From Octopus vulgaris (Eukaryota), in assembly GCA_951406725.2 (NCBI GenBank), contig OX597829.1, forward strand, positions 30,380,001 through 30,444,000: a stretch of 64,000 nucleotides of DNA. The letters run 5' to 3'. Both the position numbers and the translations under genes were made by a program. Shown here one piece after another: positions 12,735-25,354 of this stretch. Position 1 is the stretch's first letter. The number at the start of each line of letters is the position of its first letter. A model generated the notes under the pieces. The model saw nothing but the letters and a program-made list of their open reading frames with translations, was not told the origin of the DNA and did no database searches.

Positions 12735-12838
12735 TTATTATTATCATTCAGGTCACTGTCTGGAATCAAACTCGGAATCTCGGGGTAAAGAGCACAGGCT
12801 ACTAACCCCAAGATTTCGAATTCAATTCCAGGCAGTGA

Positions 12839-12845
<7 letters not shown>
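12472..12845 (-). mobile_element. Stand-alone tRNA-head plus hammerhead module (family C) with inverted-duplicated head
   Basis: Reverse complement matches 25171-25405; CTGATGA at 12557-12563 (minus strand); 12747-12790 is an inverted copy of 12808-12845. Confidence 0.8.
12615..12748. repeat. Compound trinucleotide tract (TTG)n(CTG)n(TTC)n(TTA)n inside the family C element
   Basis: Directly visible; corresponds to the short (AAC/AGC)n at about 25242-25266. Confidence 0.95.
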
Positions 12846-12893
<48 letters not shown>

Positions 12894-13115
12894 TATAATG
12901 ATGATCCTTTCTATTACTGGCACAAGGCCTGAAATTTGTAGAGAGGGTTTAAGTTGTTTATATCAACCCCAGTACTCAACTGGTTTTTAATTTATCGATC
13001 CTGAAAGGGTGAAAGGCACAGTCGACTTTGGTGAAATTTGAACTTAGAACGTAAAGATGGATAAAATGCATGTTAAGCATACTACCAGCTCGTTGCCTTA
13101 ATAATGATGATGGTG

Positions 13116-13595
13116 ACAGTAAATATTCTGCTCAATACCACAGATTTGCTTGTCAGTTGTTTGACCATAACTAGTTGAGCATGTCCCTTGGTAGCTGACA
13201 ATATGTGCATCTCTGATCGCGAGCAGTAGTGGTGGGGGAGAATCTTTGGGGTTTGAATAATTCACCTCTGGAAACATGAGTGGTTTGTTCATCATTCTTA
13301 AACAAATCTTATTCAGGGACTATTTGACCTTAATGGGCTACTCAACATGAAGAAAATTCTAACAGAGACCTTTTGAGTGGGATGGGCTTACATGATATGA
13401 AGAAAATTCTAACTGGGCCCCACCTGTGAAGTCATGCACTGTTTATTTTGATATGAGATCACCATGCCGTGCACATATGGTTGTGATGTATGTGCCTGGT
13501 GTACCCTTATCAGATGGGTAGTTGTGATGGGTATACTGGGCTTTGTATATTTCTACCCTAGTGTCACTTTGATGGTATGCGCTGCTCTCTCACTC
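13116..13595. mobile_element. Repeat family X, copy 2 (inverted relative to copy 1), followed by (TAA)n
   Basis: Reverse complement of 12000-12450; contains an internal duplication of tgggctact...gaagaaaattctaac. Confidence 0.85.
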
Positions 13596-13647
<52 letters not shown>

Positions 13648-13688
13648 TTGCTGCTGCTGCTGATGATGACAATGATGATAGTATTGAT

Positions 13689-13721
<33 letters not shown>

Positions 13722-14169
13722 GCCTTCTTGTTTCATGTACTTCCCCAACAACACCTGCATTGTATGATTAACATAGCTGCCTAACCTGATAAACCAGTCT
13801 GATTCCAGTCATCACAGACATCGGCCAAGAGAAGGGTGAACAAGTCTAACATGCAATCACAAAGCTTAAATGCAGACCATCCAAACGAGGCAATTTGTCC
13901 CTCACACAGCTACTCACACTGTATCTTGGCTGTTGTTATCGGCTTTTTACAATGTTCAACATTTTCTGCCAAGAGTTGTGGCAAGCTGTTGTGGCAGGTA
14001 CTAAAGTCCATCATTTCTGGCCTACCACTATTTTCAAAACAGTTGAGAAAAATATTGCTGGAAAAACATACAAATCTGCCAGAAATTGAATATTTGCATC
14101 CATTGTCATCCATCAAAGATCTAATTGCGGCTTTGTTACCACATTAGGCTTTTTCCACCTTTCTTTCTT

Positions 14170-14576
14170 TCCTTCTTTATGTCTTTAACCCTCCAACGTG
14201 GAGTATAGGCCACTTATAGTTGAATTCCATGTCGCATAATTTTTGGCTTCTGTACTTATACTCTGCCATGAATGTCCCCCTTTCTCTAGTTCCTTTTGTG
14301 TTGATCTCTGCCACGAGTTCTTAGGCCTACCTCTCTTTCTATATCCATCCGGTTTCCACTGTAAAGCACTTTTCGCTACATTTGGTGTGTCTTTTCTAAT
14401 TGTGCTACCAATCTACTTCCACTTTTTCTTAAATATTTGCTCCCTAATCGAAACTTCATTTGTTCTTTGCCATAGCTCCATATTGCTCAAGTGTTCGGGC
14501 CATCTAATTTTAAGTATACTATGCAAGCATCTGTTGATGAATGATTGTATTTGTTTATTTGACTTAACTGTTGTTC
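14170..14576 (-). mobile_element. RTE-clade LINE 3' end
   Basis: QIQSFINRCLHSILKIRWPEHLSNMELWQRT...ALQWKPDGYRKRGRPKNSWQR...W...GLYST on the minus strand. Confidence 0.85.
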
Positions 14577-15599
14577 ACCTGCCTTTTCCACCTGGGTGCA
14601 TAAAATGGATTTTGCACACAGAGTTAAGGTGTGTATACTCTTAAGTACACACCTTAACTCTGAAATTGCTACCTTCATGTTTGACAATGATGAAAAAATC
14701 AAGTGCCATTTTTTTACACTCTAGCAAAGCATCTCCTCTAATGTGTCGACTAGCTCCCTATTTTGCTACACCTTATCATTTCTTTGCTATACTTTACCAA
14801 TTCTATTTTAGTGACACTCTTCAAACAGACAATCCATCACTTGTTGATGATGATCATCTATCTTAACATGTATTTTACTAGTTTTACTTAACTCTTGTTT
14901 TGTTGTCATTGTCTAACTATTGCTGGGAATGATGCATTCAGCTTCCATTAGCAGATCCTTTGTTTATGCATCCCATCTAAATTAACTGTGCAGATCACAA
15001 ACTTGTGTTCAGTGTAAATGACCAGTCACAACCCTGGTTCCTATCACTGACTTAACAATTACTCTTTGTAGATGGGATCTGGTTGACCCTTTGTAGTTTG
15101 TCCACATCCACAACACATTTGGAAAATCCATTCAAAACCTACAGAGAACTGGAAATGCTTGATTAAGTTTGTGAAGCTTTTACCACCCACTCCACGATGG
15201 AAACTTTCACACACTCTCTGCATTCTTCTGCAATGTTCCTATGATATAGCAGAAACGAGTAGGATGTTCATAAAAGTGTTTCTAGTCATGTGAAGAGGTC
15301 AGTCACCTGATTTCAGCCAGGGAATAAACAACCATTTGTCTAAATGCACCACCTTCACTACTATGAAGGCTCTGGAAGATTGTCTGAACCAGGTCTTTCT
15401 AAAGCTGCAGATCTTTCCAAATATGCAGATCTTTTCAAAACAACATCATCACCTTGATTGAAAGATGTGTATACCTTGCAGTTGTCAAAAAGAAGTGTAA
15501 GTCACTGTATGCAGGAAGTTGATGACCACCTTATACAAATCTAGTGATCTGTGACCTGTGACATGAGATTGTTAAGCAAGCACCTTACATCCAGGCCTT

Positions 15600-17500
15600 A
15601 CTGCAAACCATTTGCACTTATGGAACCAATTCTTAGTATGGCCATATATGGATAAAAAGTGAGAGATCACTTACCTTGACTTTGAAGAATGGATGATCCA
15701 GTATTCTTGCTAGAGTGATTTTTCTTGGAAAGCTCACCACAAAATTTCTTATCCAGTCTATATTGGGAAATTTCCACATCACATGGGAAATCTCTTCTTA
15801 GGATTATGTAGATTTCTGTCATTTTCAGTTGGAGTCTTTGTGTGTTTGGAAGATGAGCTTCTTAAATCCTCAAATCACTCCCTTTGTTTGTACTGTGTTA
15901 CTTACATACTTCATCATCTCTTTCCTGTTTCTCTTTACAACAGTGAGTTGGGGAAGGGTAGCGTTAGGTGTTTGGCTGTTGTTGTTGCTGCTTTTGATGT
16001 TTTTTCTGTGGTTGTTATGCTTGTGTGTGTGTTTTTTCTTTTTTTTTTGTTACACTTTTGTCATTAGTGTGCTTGTGAGTTTAGCTTTTGTTGTTAATGT
16101 TGTTATTTTGGTGGATGCTGGTTAGGATAGTGATGGCAGTTGTGGTGGTGATGGTGGTTTTGGTGGTGATGGTGGTAGTAGTTGTGATGGTACTTTGGTG
16201 GTGGTGGTGGTGGGTAGATGGTTGACAGGTTCCTGGATATTTTGGTAAACCTTTCCTGCTTTAATTGAAGTGTGACTGTCACAGGCTTTCTTTTTCCCCT
16301 TAATCACCACTATCACAACCTTTTGCCATGGTCATTTCTTTTCCCTTTGTCACCAAATGAAACATCAGAGCAAGAGAACAGCAAAAACAACTTTCAACAC
16401 AAGCACCTTTTGTTTGTCTTCATGGTCTTTGTTTCCATATTTGTATTTAACTACTTTTTTCCTTTTCTTTTCTTTTTTTTTTTTTGCAGTGAGTGCACTC
16501 ATCTGACATTTTTTTGGTTGTTGGTCTGACAGGTCCTTTCCAGTTTTGTAGCTCTGCTTCAGATACTGCTGCAGTTATTGTTGCCTAGGAATACTGATGC
16601 TGCTACCTTTTATGATATAACATGATGGAAATCATGAATATAGAGAGTCATGCATTCTTCCCATTCATCAAAGAGTAAGTGACTTCAAGTGGTTCTTGCA
16701 ACCAGAATTGTAACAGCTGAACCTCCTACCCTCCACCAGAATGCAAACCTATATCCCAACAAGGTCAGGAATCCTCACCAAATATACAGGTGTTGCTTGT
16801 AGCAGTACCTCAAGGATTACTTCTCCTCCTGTCAACCTAATCACCTTGACGTTGGATCTAGTTCTAATCACTTTGTCATATTCTGCCTCCATTATCACCA
16901 GGTCCAACAATAGTGGTATCTCCTATAGTGTGATGTTGGATGTTTGCCATTGAATTTATTCTAGGAAGAAGGCAAACTTGTCTAATGAACATATGATTGA
17001 AAACATTTTCTTTCTTTTCTCACTCAGCATAGTAGCTCCACTGTACATTGTTTTCTTTTCTCTTTTCTTTTCATGTACCATACAATATTTCAAACCCCTT
17101 GGTGGTATTTCCCAGCCTTTGCTGGCTTTTGGTACTGAACCAGTCAGAAATTTTTCTAAATCTAGTCATAAGACACCTTTCTCCCTCTTTTCCCTTGGTA
17201 GCTCTTCTTCTGGAAGATGATATTAGACCTGGCTCCACAATCTTCCTTTTATTTCTTTCCTACCATATGGATATCAGTTTTGAGTCATTCTTCACAGGAT
17301 CCCGTTAGTTACATAAATATTCCCTCTTTTAAGGAAACGTTTGAAAATCTTGTTATTCTTTGTATTGCTGGCACAGGTATTATTGTGTTGCTGGTGCTGC
17401 TGTTGTTACTGATTGTGGTGAAGGTAGTGATGGGGGTAGAGTTGTTGTTGTTGTTGTTGTTATTGCTGTTGTTGGTATTTTCATCTGTAGAAGACATTAA
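15600..17500 (-). mobile_element. Degenerate LINE ORF1/gag-like region (L1/Tx1-like zinc knuckle)
   Basis: ILVEGRRFSCYNSGCKNHLKS near 16680-16745 resembles a VEGR..C..CG...H knuckle; low-complexity N-terminus (MSSTDENTNN..); many stops. Confidence 0.4.
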
Positions 17501-18329
17501 AATTCTGCTGCTAATCTCTTCACTGTCGTCCTAGCCGCCACCCTCTTCAATATGGCTGACAGAGGTGTTGCAGTTGATAGTGGTGGAGGTGGTGGCGGTG
17601 GTGGTGGTGTGGTTGCTGGTTATAATGTCAATGCTGATGTCAGAGATTGTCGGAGTGAGAGGGGTTAAGTTGCATGTTTTGTTTTTTTACCTTCATTTGT
17701 CTTAGTGAAGAGGGAGATGTTTCACTGTCTTTTTTTTAAATTTTTATTTTACTTTTCATTTATTTGTAAACACAAAAAAAATCATCATATTATTAAAATA
17801 AATGCTTGCTTTGTTTTGTTTTGTTTTGTTTTTTTAATTTAATTTTTTTACACTGTATTTTAAAAAAAATTATGGAGAACAAATAAAAATGTTGTCCTAA
17901 TAGGGAACCAGAAGAATTAGCTTATCCGCAGACTCCATCAAGGGTCAGTTCTGTTACACGACAGGACACATTTGTGAAAATATAGGGAATAATGCCAGCA
18001 ACAAACATATCAGTTCCACAGAGGAGTAGAAATTCAAGACTCGCCTTTCAGAAAATAATTATAACAACAACAACAACAACAATAATAATGATATGAAGAA
18101 TGGTTTCCAATTAAGGCAGAAAGCTCACAATATTGGAGGGAGGGTTTTGTCAGTCAGTTACAATGAATCCCCAGTACTTGCTTGGAACTTTATTTTATTG
18201 GCCCTAAAGGGAAAAAGGCAAAATTGACCTTGGAGAAATTTGAACTCAGGATGTAAAGAGCCAGAAAAAATGCCACATTTTGTCTAATGTGCAAGTGATA
18301 AAAGTCAGCTCGCCACCTTTATAGTAATA

Positions 18330-18331
18330 AC

Positions 18332-18390
<59 letters not shown>

Positions 18391-18437
18391 TAATAATAAT
18401 AATAGTAGTAGTAGTAATAATAATAATAATAATAATG

Positions 18438-18488
<51 letters not shown>

Positions 18489-18540
18489 TAATTATTATTA
18501 TTATAATAATAAAAATCATGATAATAATAATAATGATAAT
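18330..18540. repeat. (TAA)n/(TAG)n microsatellite between family M SINE copies
   Basis: Directly visible. Confidence 0.95.
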
Positions 18541-19448
18541 TCTTTCTATTATAGGCACAAGACCTGAAATTTTTGGGGAAAAGGCCAGTTGATATAATCA
18601 ACCCCAGTATTCAAAAGGATGAAAGGCTAAGTTGACCTCAGCAGAATTTGAACTCAGAATGCAATGCTAAGCATTTTACTCAGCATGTTAACACTTCTGC
18701 CAGCTCACCACCTTAATAATATCACCACCAACACCAACAACAACTATAATCATTTCTGCTAGAGACACAAGGCCTCAAATTTGGGGGAGATGACTAGTTG
18801 ATTAGTACTTGACTGGCATTATATTTTATTAACCTCTGAAGGATGAAGGGCATGTTAGTTGCTTGTATTCACTAACTCTTTCTCTATTTGAAATTGCTAG
18901 CCTTGGGCCTAAATTAGAAACAGCTATTATTGTTGTTGTCATCGTTGTTGCTGCTGCTGTTGTTGTTGTTGTTAAGGCAGTGAGCTGGTAGAATAGTCAA
19001 CACACTGAGCAAATAATAATCTCATTCATTTGCCAGAAGGGCAAAGATGCTAGGTATAGTACAATGACAAAATGCAAAACCAACAAGGGACTTGTATTGA
19101 ATAAAAAAAAAAGCGGGGGGGGGGGGGAATCAAGAATTACAAAGAATAACAATTGCAAGAAGAAATAACCCCAAAAGAAGTGATGACCAAGAGTGATTCA
19201 GGATATCCCCACTCATAACCCTGGATTACTTTGACACATCAAAACAAGTTCCGTCTGTCAGTTCTTGCTGCCAGCTTATGGATATATAGATAGAATCAAC
19301 CCATTTAACTCACCAACCCATCTATTCCAACCACTTTGAGAAATCTTATTAAAGGGCAGTGCCTCATCTTTAGCTATCATTAATTTCTTCAAGTGTTGCC
19401 TGAAGAAACCAATTTCTTCAGCAGCAAAAGTGTGTGTGTGTGTGTTAA

Positions 19449-19770
19449 GGCACATGGCTTAATGGTTAGAGTATTTGGCTCATGGTTGTAAGGTTGTGTG
19501 AGTTCGATTCCTGGCAGCATATTCTTTCCTTGAGCAAGACACTTTATTTCATATTGTTCCAGTCCATGCAGCTGGCAAAAATGAGTAGCAACTGTATTTC
19601 AAAGGACTAACCTTGGCACATTCTGCGTCATACTGAATCTCTAAGAACTATGTTAAGGGTATGCATGTCTGTGGAGTGCTTGGCCTCTTGCATGTTAATT
19701 TGATGAGCAGCCTGAACTGTTGATCAGATCAATTGGAGTACTCATTGCCATAACCAGTGGAGTGTCAGTG
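19449..19770 (+). mobile_element. tRNA-derived CORE-like SINE family P
   Basis: A box tggcttaatgg, B box gttcgattcc, ccttgagcaagacactttatttc; other copies at 33594-33905 (+) and 48410-48790 (-). Confidence 0.75.
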
Positions 19771-19789
19771 TGAGAGCATGGTGTTTGTA

Positions 19790-19820
<31 letters not shown>

Positions 19821-21231
19821 ACTGACGTCAGTATTGACTGCTACTTTATCGAACCTGAAAGGATGAAAAGCAAAGTTGACTTTAGTAATATTTGAACTTG
19901 GGGCACAGAGAACCCCAAGGAATAAATTGCAAAACATTCCACCTGACATTCTAGCAACGCTGCCAACTGACCATCACCATACATTATCACCATCATCACC
20001 GCTGCTATCTCTCAGCTGCCATCGCCGCTGCCGCCACCGCCACTGTCGTCGTCATCCTCCTCCTCCTCCTCATCATCATCATCACCATCATCACCACTAC
20101 TTAATGTCTGTATTCCATGCTGACATAAGCTGGACAGCTTGACAAGATTTTATGAGCCAGAAGACAATGTCGAGCTTGACGCCTTTCCTAATGCCAACCA
20201 CTTTACATAATGTACTGAATGCTTTTATTTTCATGTCACTGATGCTACTAGTGAGTTCACTAAATGACTAACTGAATGAGGGTGTACTTCAGAGGAGAGG
20301 TGGCCAGGTGTCGAGAGGGACAAGAACAGATGTTTTGTTATAAGGAGAAACATGGGTACCTTGCATTATATAAAAATGGGTGCCAATAACTGAAAACACA
20401 GCTAAATATGGTAGTGACAATGTCAGGGTGTGTTCTCAAACTTCATTATTCCTTGATAAGCAGAAGAGAGAATGGAGATAGAAGGTCTATATAGTATACA
20501 AACTAAGTGAACACAGTCTTCTTCATCCAGGGGAGCTTCCAACTAGATCCAGTCAAGGAACCAGTCAAATCCAAGACCATTCTGACTACCAAGAGCTTGA
20601 GCCATCACCCACCTGTTGTTCACTGGAGGAAAATTCTTCCTTCCCTACACTCAGTTCCTTCATCCTGGGGCTACATAAAAAGCACCCAGCACATTCTGTA
20701 AAGTGGTTGGCATTAGAAGGGCATCTGGCAGCCAAAGCAGACAGTGGATCTTGGTGCAGTCCTTTGGCTTGCCAGTTCCTGTAAAACTGTCCTACCATGT
20801 CAGCATGGAAAACATGTTAAATGATGATGATAATGAATTTGAAAAGGTTGACGAGTACTTGACCAAAGAGGAATATATCTTCTGCTCTAAATTCTTTTAG
20901 CTTCATCTAACACAGGACCATTGTTTTTTGGGGGGTTTTTTTGCTATAGATACCTGATAGAAGAAAACTATCTTCCCAGAAATATTAAAAGAGGGTAATG
21001 GGGCCATCTTCACAAGAAAACCAACCAAAAACCAGATCTCTCCTACATACTACAACAGCTGATGCCCACACCCCTCCATCTAAGCAAGTAATTCTTGGAT
21101 GCTGCAGTACCATTTTGTTGCTTTGTATCTGGTCAGTCTCATCTAGCAGCATTTCTGTACTTGTAAAGTTTGTTTCAAATCAACAATGCTCCTTAGCAGC
21201 AGCTGCTGTGGTGATGGTGGTGGTGGTGGCG

Positions 21232-21268
<37 letters not shown>

Positions 21269-21735
21269 TAGTAGTAGTAAATAAGTAATTTTAATTGTAT
21301 TAAAGTGGAAAATTTGCAACATAAGGCTTACTTTTCTGCTCTAGTAAATTATCTATTTTTTACATAAAAATGTTCATGTAAATATCTTTTTATCTTTTTT
21401 ATTATTTCAGTCTGACAGAGGGTACTCTGTGTGTGTGTGTGTGCATGCATGTGTGTGTGTGTGTGTACCCATGGCCATCACAGACCCTTCTTCTGAAACT
21501 GGGAAGACTGACTCAGTTAACATTTGTCTTCAACATTTGGAAGTTGAAGACTAGGGGAAAGACATGTAGATGGAATGAATTTCTGAAGGGCGAATGTAAT
21601 TTTTCAGAAGGGCCTGGTGTAATATTTAATGTGGTTCCAAGGGGAGGTCGATGAGGTTGAAAGAGAAAAAATAGAGTGATTGAGAGAAGATGGCAAAGGC
21701 CAGAAGCCATTATAATAGGGGTAGAAAAGAAAGCA

Positions 21736-21830
<95 letters not shown>

Positions 21831-22130
21831 CAGATAGATAGAAAGGAAGATAGATAGATAAGTAGATAGATAGATAAATAGATAGATAGAAAGGAAGATA
21901 GATAGATAGATAGATAGATAGACATAGATAGATAGATAGATAGATAGAAAAGAAGATAGATAGATAAGTATATATATATATATAGATAGATAGATAGAGA
22001 GAGAGAGAGGGGGGGGAGATTGGGGTGAGGGGAGAGAGGAGGTGAGGGAGGGAGAGAGAGGGTGAAGGTGAGGGGTGAAGGAGAGAGGGTGTGGGTGAAG
22101 GGAGAGGGGTGAGAGAGAGAGAGAGAGATA
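21736..22130. repeat. (GATA)n/(GA)n and purine-rich tract
   Basis: Directly visible; source of the 226-aa and 178-aa artefact ORFs. Confidence 0.95.
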
Positions 22131-22535
22131 GAGGCAGCATGTCTGTCGGCCAGTGGTTGGCAATGTATTTGTGAATATATTCATGCCAACCAATTCAAGT
22201 AGCCGTTTTTTGGTGGGGTATTCTTATTTTGGTTTGTAAATTTAATTAAACACACACTTGTTCTTTGATGCCTTTTTTTAATAATCTTTTTTTTTTCATT
22301 AAAGTTTTTGAGTCTGTTCCTTCTTATGTTTAAAATTAAATACCATTTAAATGAATGCATTACATAGGAAAGGCTACATTATGCGTTTGTTCATGCTGTT
22401 AATCTAGAATAGCAGCAGGCATGGCTGTGGTCGTGCAGAGTTCAGTTTGTAGCCACGTTTTGGGTTCTATCCCATTGCCTTGTGCACGGGATTTGTTGAT
22501 GGAAAATTTAAGGAAGGCCATCATATAATAAATAT

Positions 22536-22575
<40 letters not shown>

Positions 22576-22857
22576 CCATTTAAAGTCCATCTTTCTTGCT
22601 GGCATTGGTTAGAATGGTTTGGCAGGAGGTGCAAGCCAGAGGATTGCACCAGGCTTTGCTGTCTCTTATGACATGGTTTTTTACAGCTGGATGCCATTCA
22701 TAATGCCAACCACTTTATGAAGTGGACTGGGTGCTTTTTTTTACATGGCATCAGCACAGGTAAGGTCTGCTTTGGCATGCTTTTTACGGCTGGATATCCT
22801 TTCAAATGTCAACCACTCTACAGAGTGCTTATATGATATATGTTTATATTTATAAAC

Positions 22858-22890
<33 letters not shown>

Positions 22891-23490
22891 CCCGCACGCT
22901 TGTGTGTGTGTTGGTGGCATGTAAAAAAGCAGCCATTACACTCTCGGTATGGTTGACATTAGGAAGGGCATCCAGCCATAGAAACCATACCAAATCAGAC
23001 TGGCATTTGGTGCAGCCCTCCAGCTTACCATTTCCATTCAAACTATCTAACCCATGCCAGCATGTAAAGCAGACGTTAAATAACGATGATGATGATGATG
23101 ATGATGATGATGATATAGGTGCAGGTATGATTGTGTGGTGAGAAGCTTGCTTCCCAACCACATTGTTTCAAGTTCAGTTCCACTGTGTGACATTTTGGGC
23201 AAGTGTATTCTCTTAAAGCCTTAGGCACAGAAATGCCTAATTTCTGATTATTGAGAATACTGAAGAAAGAAAGTACAAGATCAGGGTTTTTATAACTCAT
23301 TAACAAAGAAGATATTTTAATTCACCACACATTCATTAACAAAGATTACTTTAATAATTGTATGTGCGTGCATATTTAAAGCTTACTCTGTATATTCACA
23401 TCTTTGTTTCTTGTGGCCTAAATCAAAAAAATTTTTGATAATCTAGTGAGTGTACATGCTATGTTCTTGATTCTAAATAATCTTACAATA

Positions 23491-23719
23491 TTAACCCTTT
23501 CGTTTCTGTATTTATTTTGAGATGTTCTGTATTTCTTTCTATTAAGTTTTGATATAACAAAGAATTTAGTAAAATAACTTAGTTATCATTCAGCTAGTGT
23601 TAGGAACATGAATTATGACTTTGGTTTGGTGGAAGATTTTAATTCAAAACTTACAGAAACAAGACATTTGTACTCAGAGCCAGAGCCGGTTTCAGCCAGG
23701 TTCGTAACAAAAATGTTAA
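23491..23719. mobile_element. piggyBac-like MITE
   Basis: Starts TTAACCCTTTcgtt and ends gtaacaaaaatgTTAA; inverted partial copy at about 44210-44347 ending aaaGGGTTAA. Confidence 0.6.
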
Positions 23720-24384
23720 AGCCTTGTGGTGTGTTGTTAATGTGAGAATTGTCCAAAATAGATTGTTTTTACAGATTAGATTACTTCATTTACACTTAAA
23801 GTAAGCTGAGACATAAAAGAGACAGATGAACTACAGCTTGTTGTAACATAGCCCTAATATTATGGATTTCCAAATTTCTTTTTAAGTGTTCATATTTGCT
23901 ACCCAGGATTTTGAGTATAGGGAGGAGAAAAAGAAAGTAAGTGAGGGAATGTATCATTCAAGGCATTGCTTTTATTAATTATTATTGGGCTATTTTCTTT
24001 CAATCTATGTACAAAAAATGGCCCATAGAATCGGTGGAAAAACTGAAGACCATTGGTGTTGCTATAATGTAAATTGGCAATAATGCTCTACCAAAATGCA
24101 TTACACAATCATGATGGATTGATATACAATATTAAATAAAAATCCTATTTGCACACACATGCTATCCAACACTAAGGCAGGTAACTGAAGCAGCATATCT
24201 CAATAGAAAGAATGAGTGGAATATCTTCATCTTCATACCTCACAACTATGCTCTTCACATAAGCAGCAGCAGCAGCAGTAGTAGTAACTATTCAGGGCAT
24301 TAGAGAGCATAACTGAAAATAACATGGAATAATGTAACATAGTATAATATAATTAACTAAGCAATATATCGATGCATATACATA

Positions 24385-24610
24385 CTCTTTTACTTGTTTC
24401 AGTCGTTTGACTGCGGCCATGCTGGAGCACCTCCTTTAGTCGAGCAAATCGACCCTGGGACTTATTCTTTGTAAGCCTAGTACTTATTCTGTCGGTCTCT
24501 TTTGCTGAACCGCTAAGTTACAGGGATGCAAACCCACCAGCATCGGTTGTCAAATGATGCTGGGGGGGACAAACAAAGACACACAAACAAATCCACTCAC
24601 AAGGCTTATC
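24385..24610 (-). mobile_element. SINE family O, 3' part
   Basis: Reverse complement of 59250-59441. Confidence 0.75.
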
Positions 24611-24620
24611 CACTCCAATT

Positions 24621-25142
24621 ATGAAGAAAAGAGAGGATGAAACCAACAAGCTGTCCACAGTCTATCTACCCAATGTGAAAGGCCTCTCCAAAAAGATACA
24701 AAAGATATGCGGCCCATATGACATCAGGACAGTATTCAAGAGTAATACAACACTTTGCAAAAATCTCCTTTGAGTAAAACCACCAATAGAAGAGAATATG
24801 ACCAAAGACTGCTTGTACGCCATCCTATGCAGCTGTGGTAGGCTATACAAAGGTGAACATGCTGCACCCTCAAAATAAAGGTAGAGGAACATCGCAAAGC
24901 TGTGACACAAGGAAATATTGATAAATTGGGTATAGCTGATCATGTATGGAAAAAATTGAGACCACCTCCCCCTGTGGGATGAAGTTGAAATAATAGACAG
25001 AGAACACCACGGGAAAATACGAAAACTAAAAGAAGCAGCACATATGCTAGGACACAACACCCTCCTAGGCAGACCAAGTGCAGATATGGATAGCATATGG
25101 GAACCAGTATTAAGGAAGGTTAAGAAAATATTAGATTTATAA
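24621..25142 (+). pseudogene. Penelope-like element C-terminus with GIY-YIG endonuclease (disrupted)
   Basis: YLPNVKGLSKKIQKICGPYDIRTVFKS...CLYAILCSCGRLYKGE...EEHRKAV...IADHVW...WDEVEIIDREHHGKIRKLKEAAH; stops and frameshifts. Confidence 0.85.
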
Positions 25143-25170
25143 GCCCTAAAATACACTCCATAATTGCCCA

Positions 25171-25240
25171 CGGGCATATGGTGTAGTGGTTAAGAGCACG
25201 GGCTACTAACCCCAAGATCCCAACTTTGATTTCAGGCAGT
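25171..25240 (+). promoter_or_regulatory. tRNA-derived segment (Pol III A box, anticodon-like arm, degenerate B box)
   Basis: TGGTGTAGTGG at 25179-25189, then ttaagagcacgggCTACTAAcccc; B-box consensus gagttcgattcc inferred from the three copies. Confidence 0.65.
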
Positions 25241-25306
25241 GAACAACAACAGCAGCAACAACAACAGATATCTTAGGAATGAGAACCCAGGTTCAAAATT
25301 TCCCCA

Positions 25307-25354
25307 AGACACCCGATGAAAGCTGGAGGGTATATCAACCGAAACATTGTGTTA
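25307..25354 (+). ncRNA. Minimal type I hammerhead ribozyme motif (Penelope-type)
   Basis: acac-CCGATGA-a-agctg gagggtatat caacc-GAAA-catt-gtgt; consensus with the 12.5 kb copy is acacCTGATGAaggctg..cagccGAAAcgttgtgt. Confidence 0.75.

Noticed and set aside
15676-15790. Minus-strand RKITLARILDHPFF followed by gtaagt, like a kinase subdomain XI exon
   Set aside because: No other kinase exons seen; lies within the decayed ORF1-like repeat
20950-20995. Possible micro-exon (ag...YLIEENYLPRNIKR...gt)
   Set aside because: Splice-like signals only; no homology or partner exons can be shown
21513-22193. 226-aa and 178-aa ORFs
   Set aside because: (GATA)n/(GA)n microsatellite translations
24662-25177. 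171-aa minus-strand ORF
   Set aside because: Antisense shadow of the Penelope GIY-YIG region
25171-25240. Functional tRNA gene
   Set aside because: Acceptor stem and T arm do not pair; it is a repeat-borne tRNA derivative
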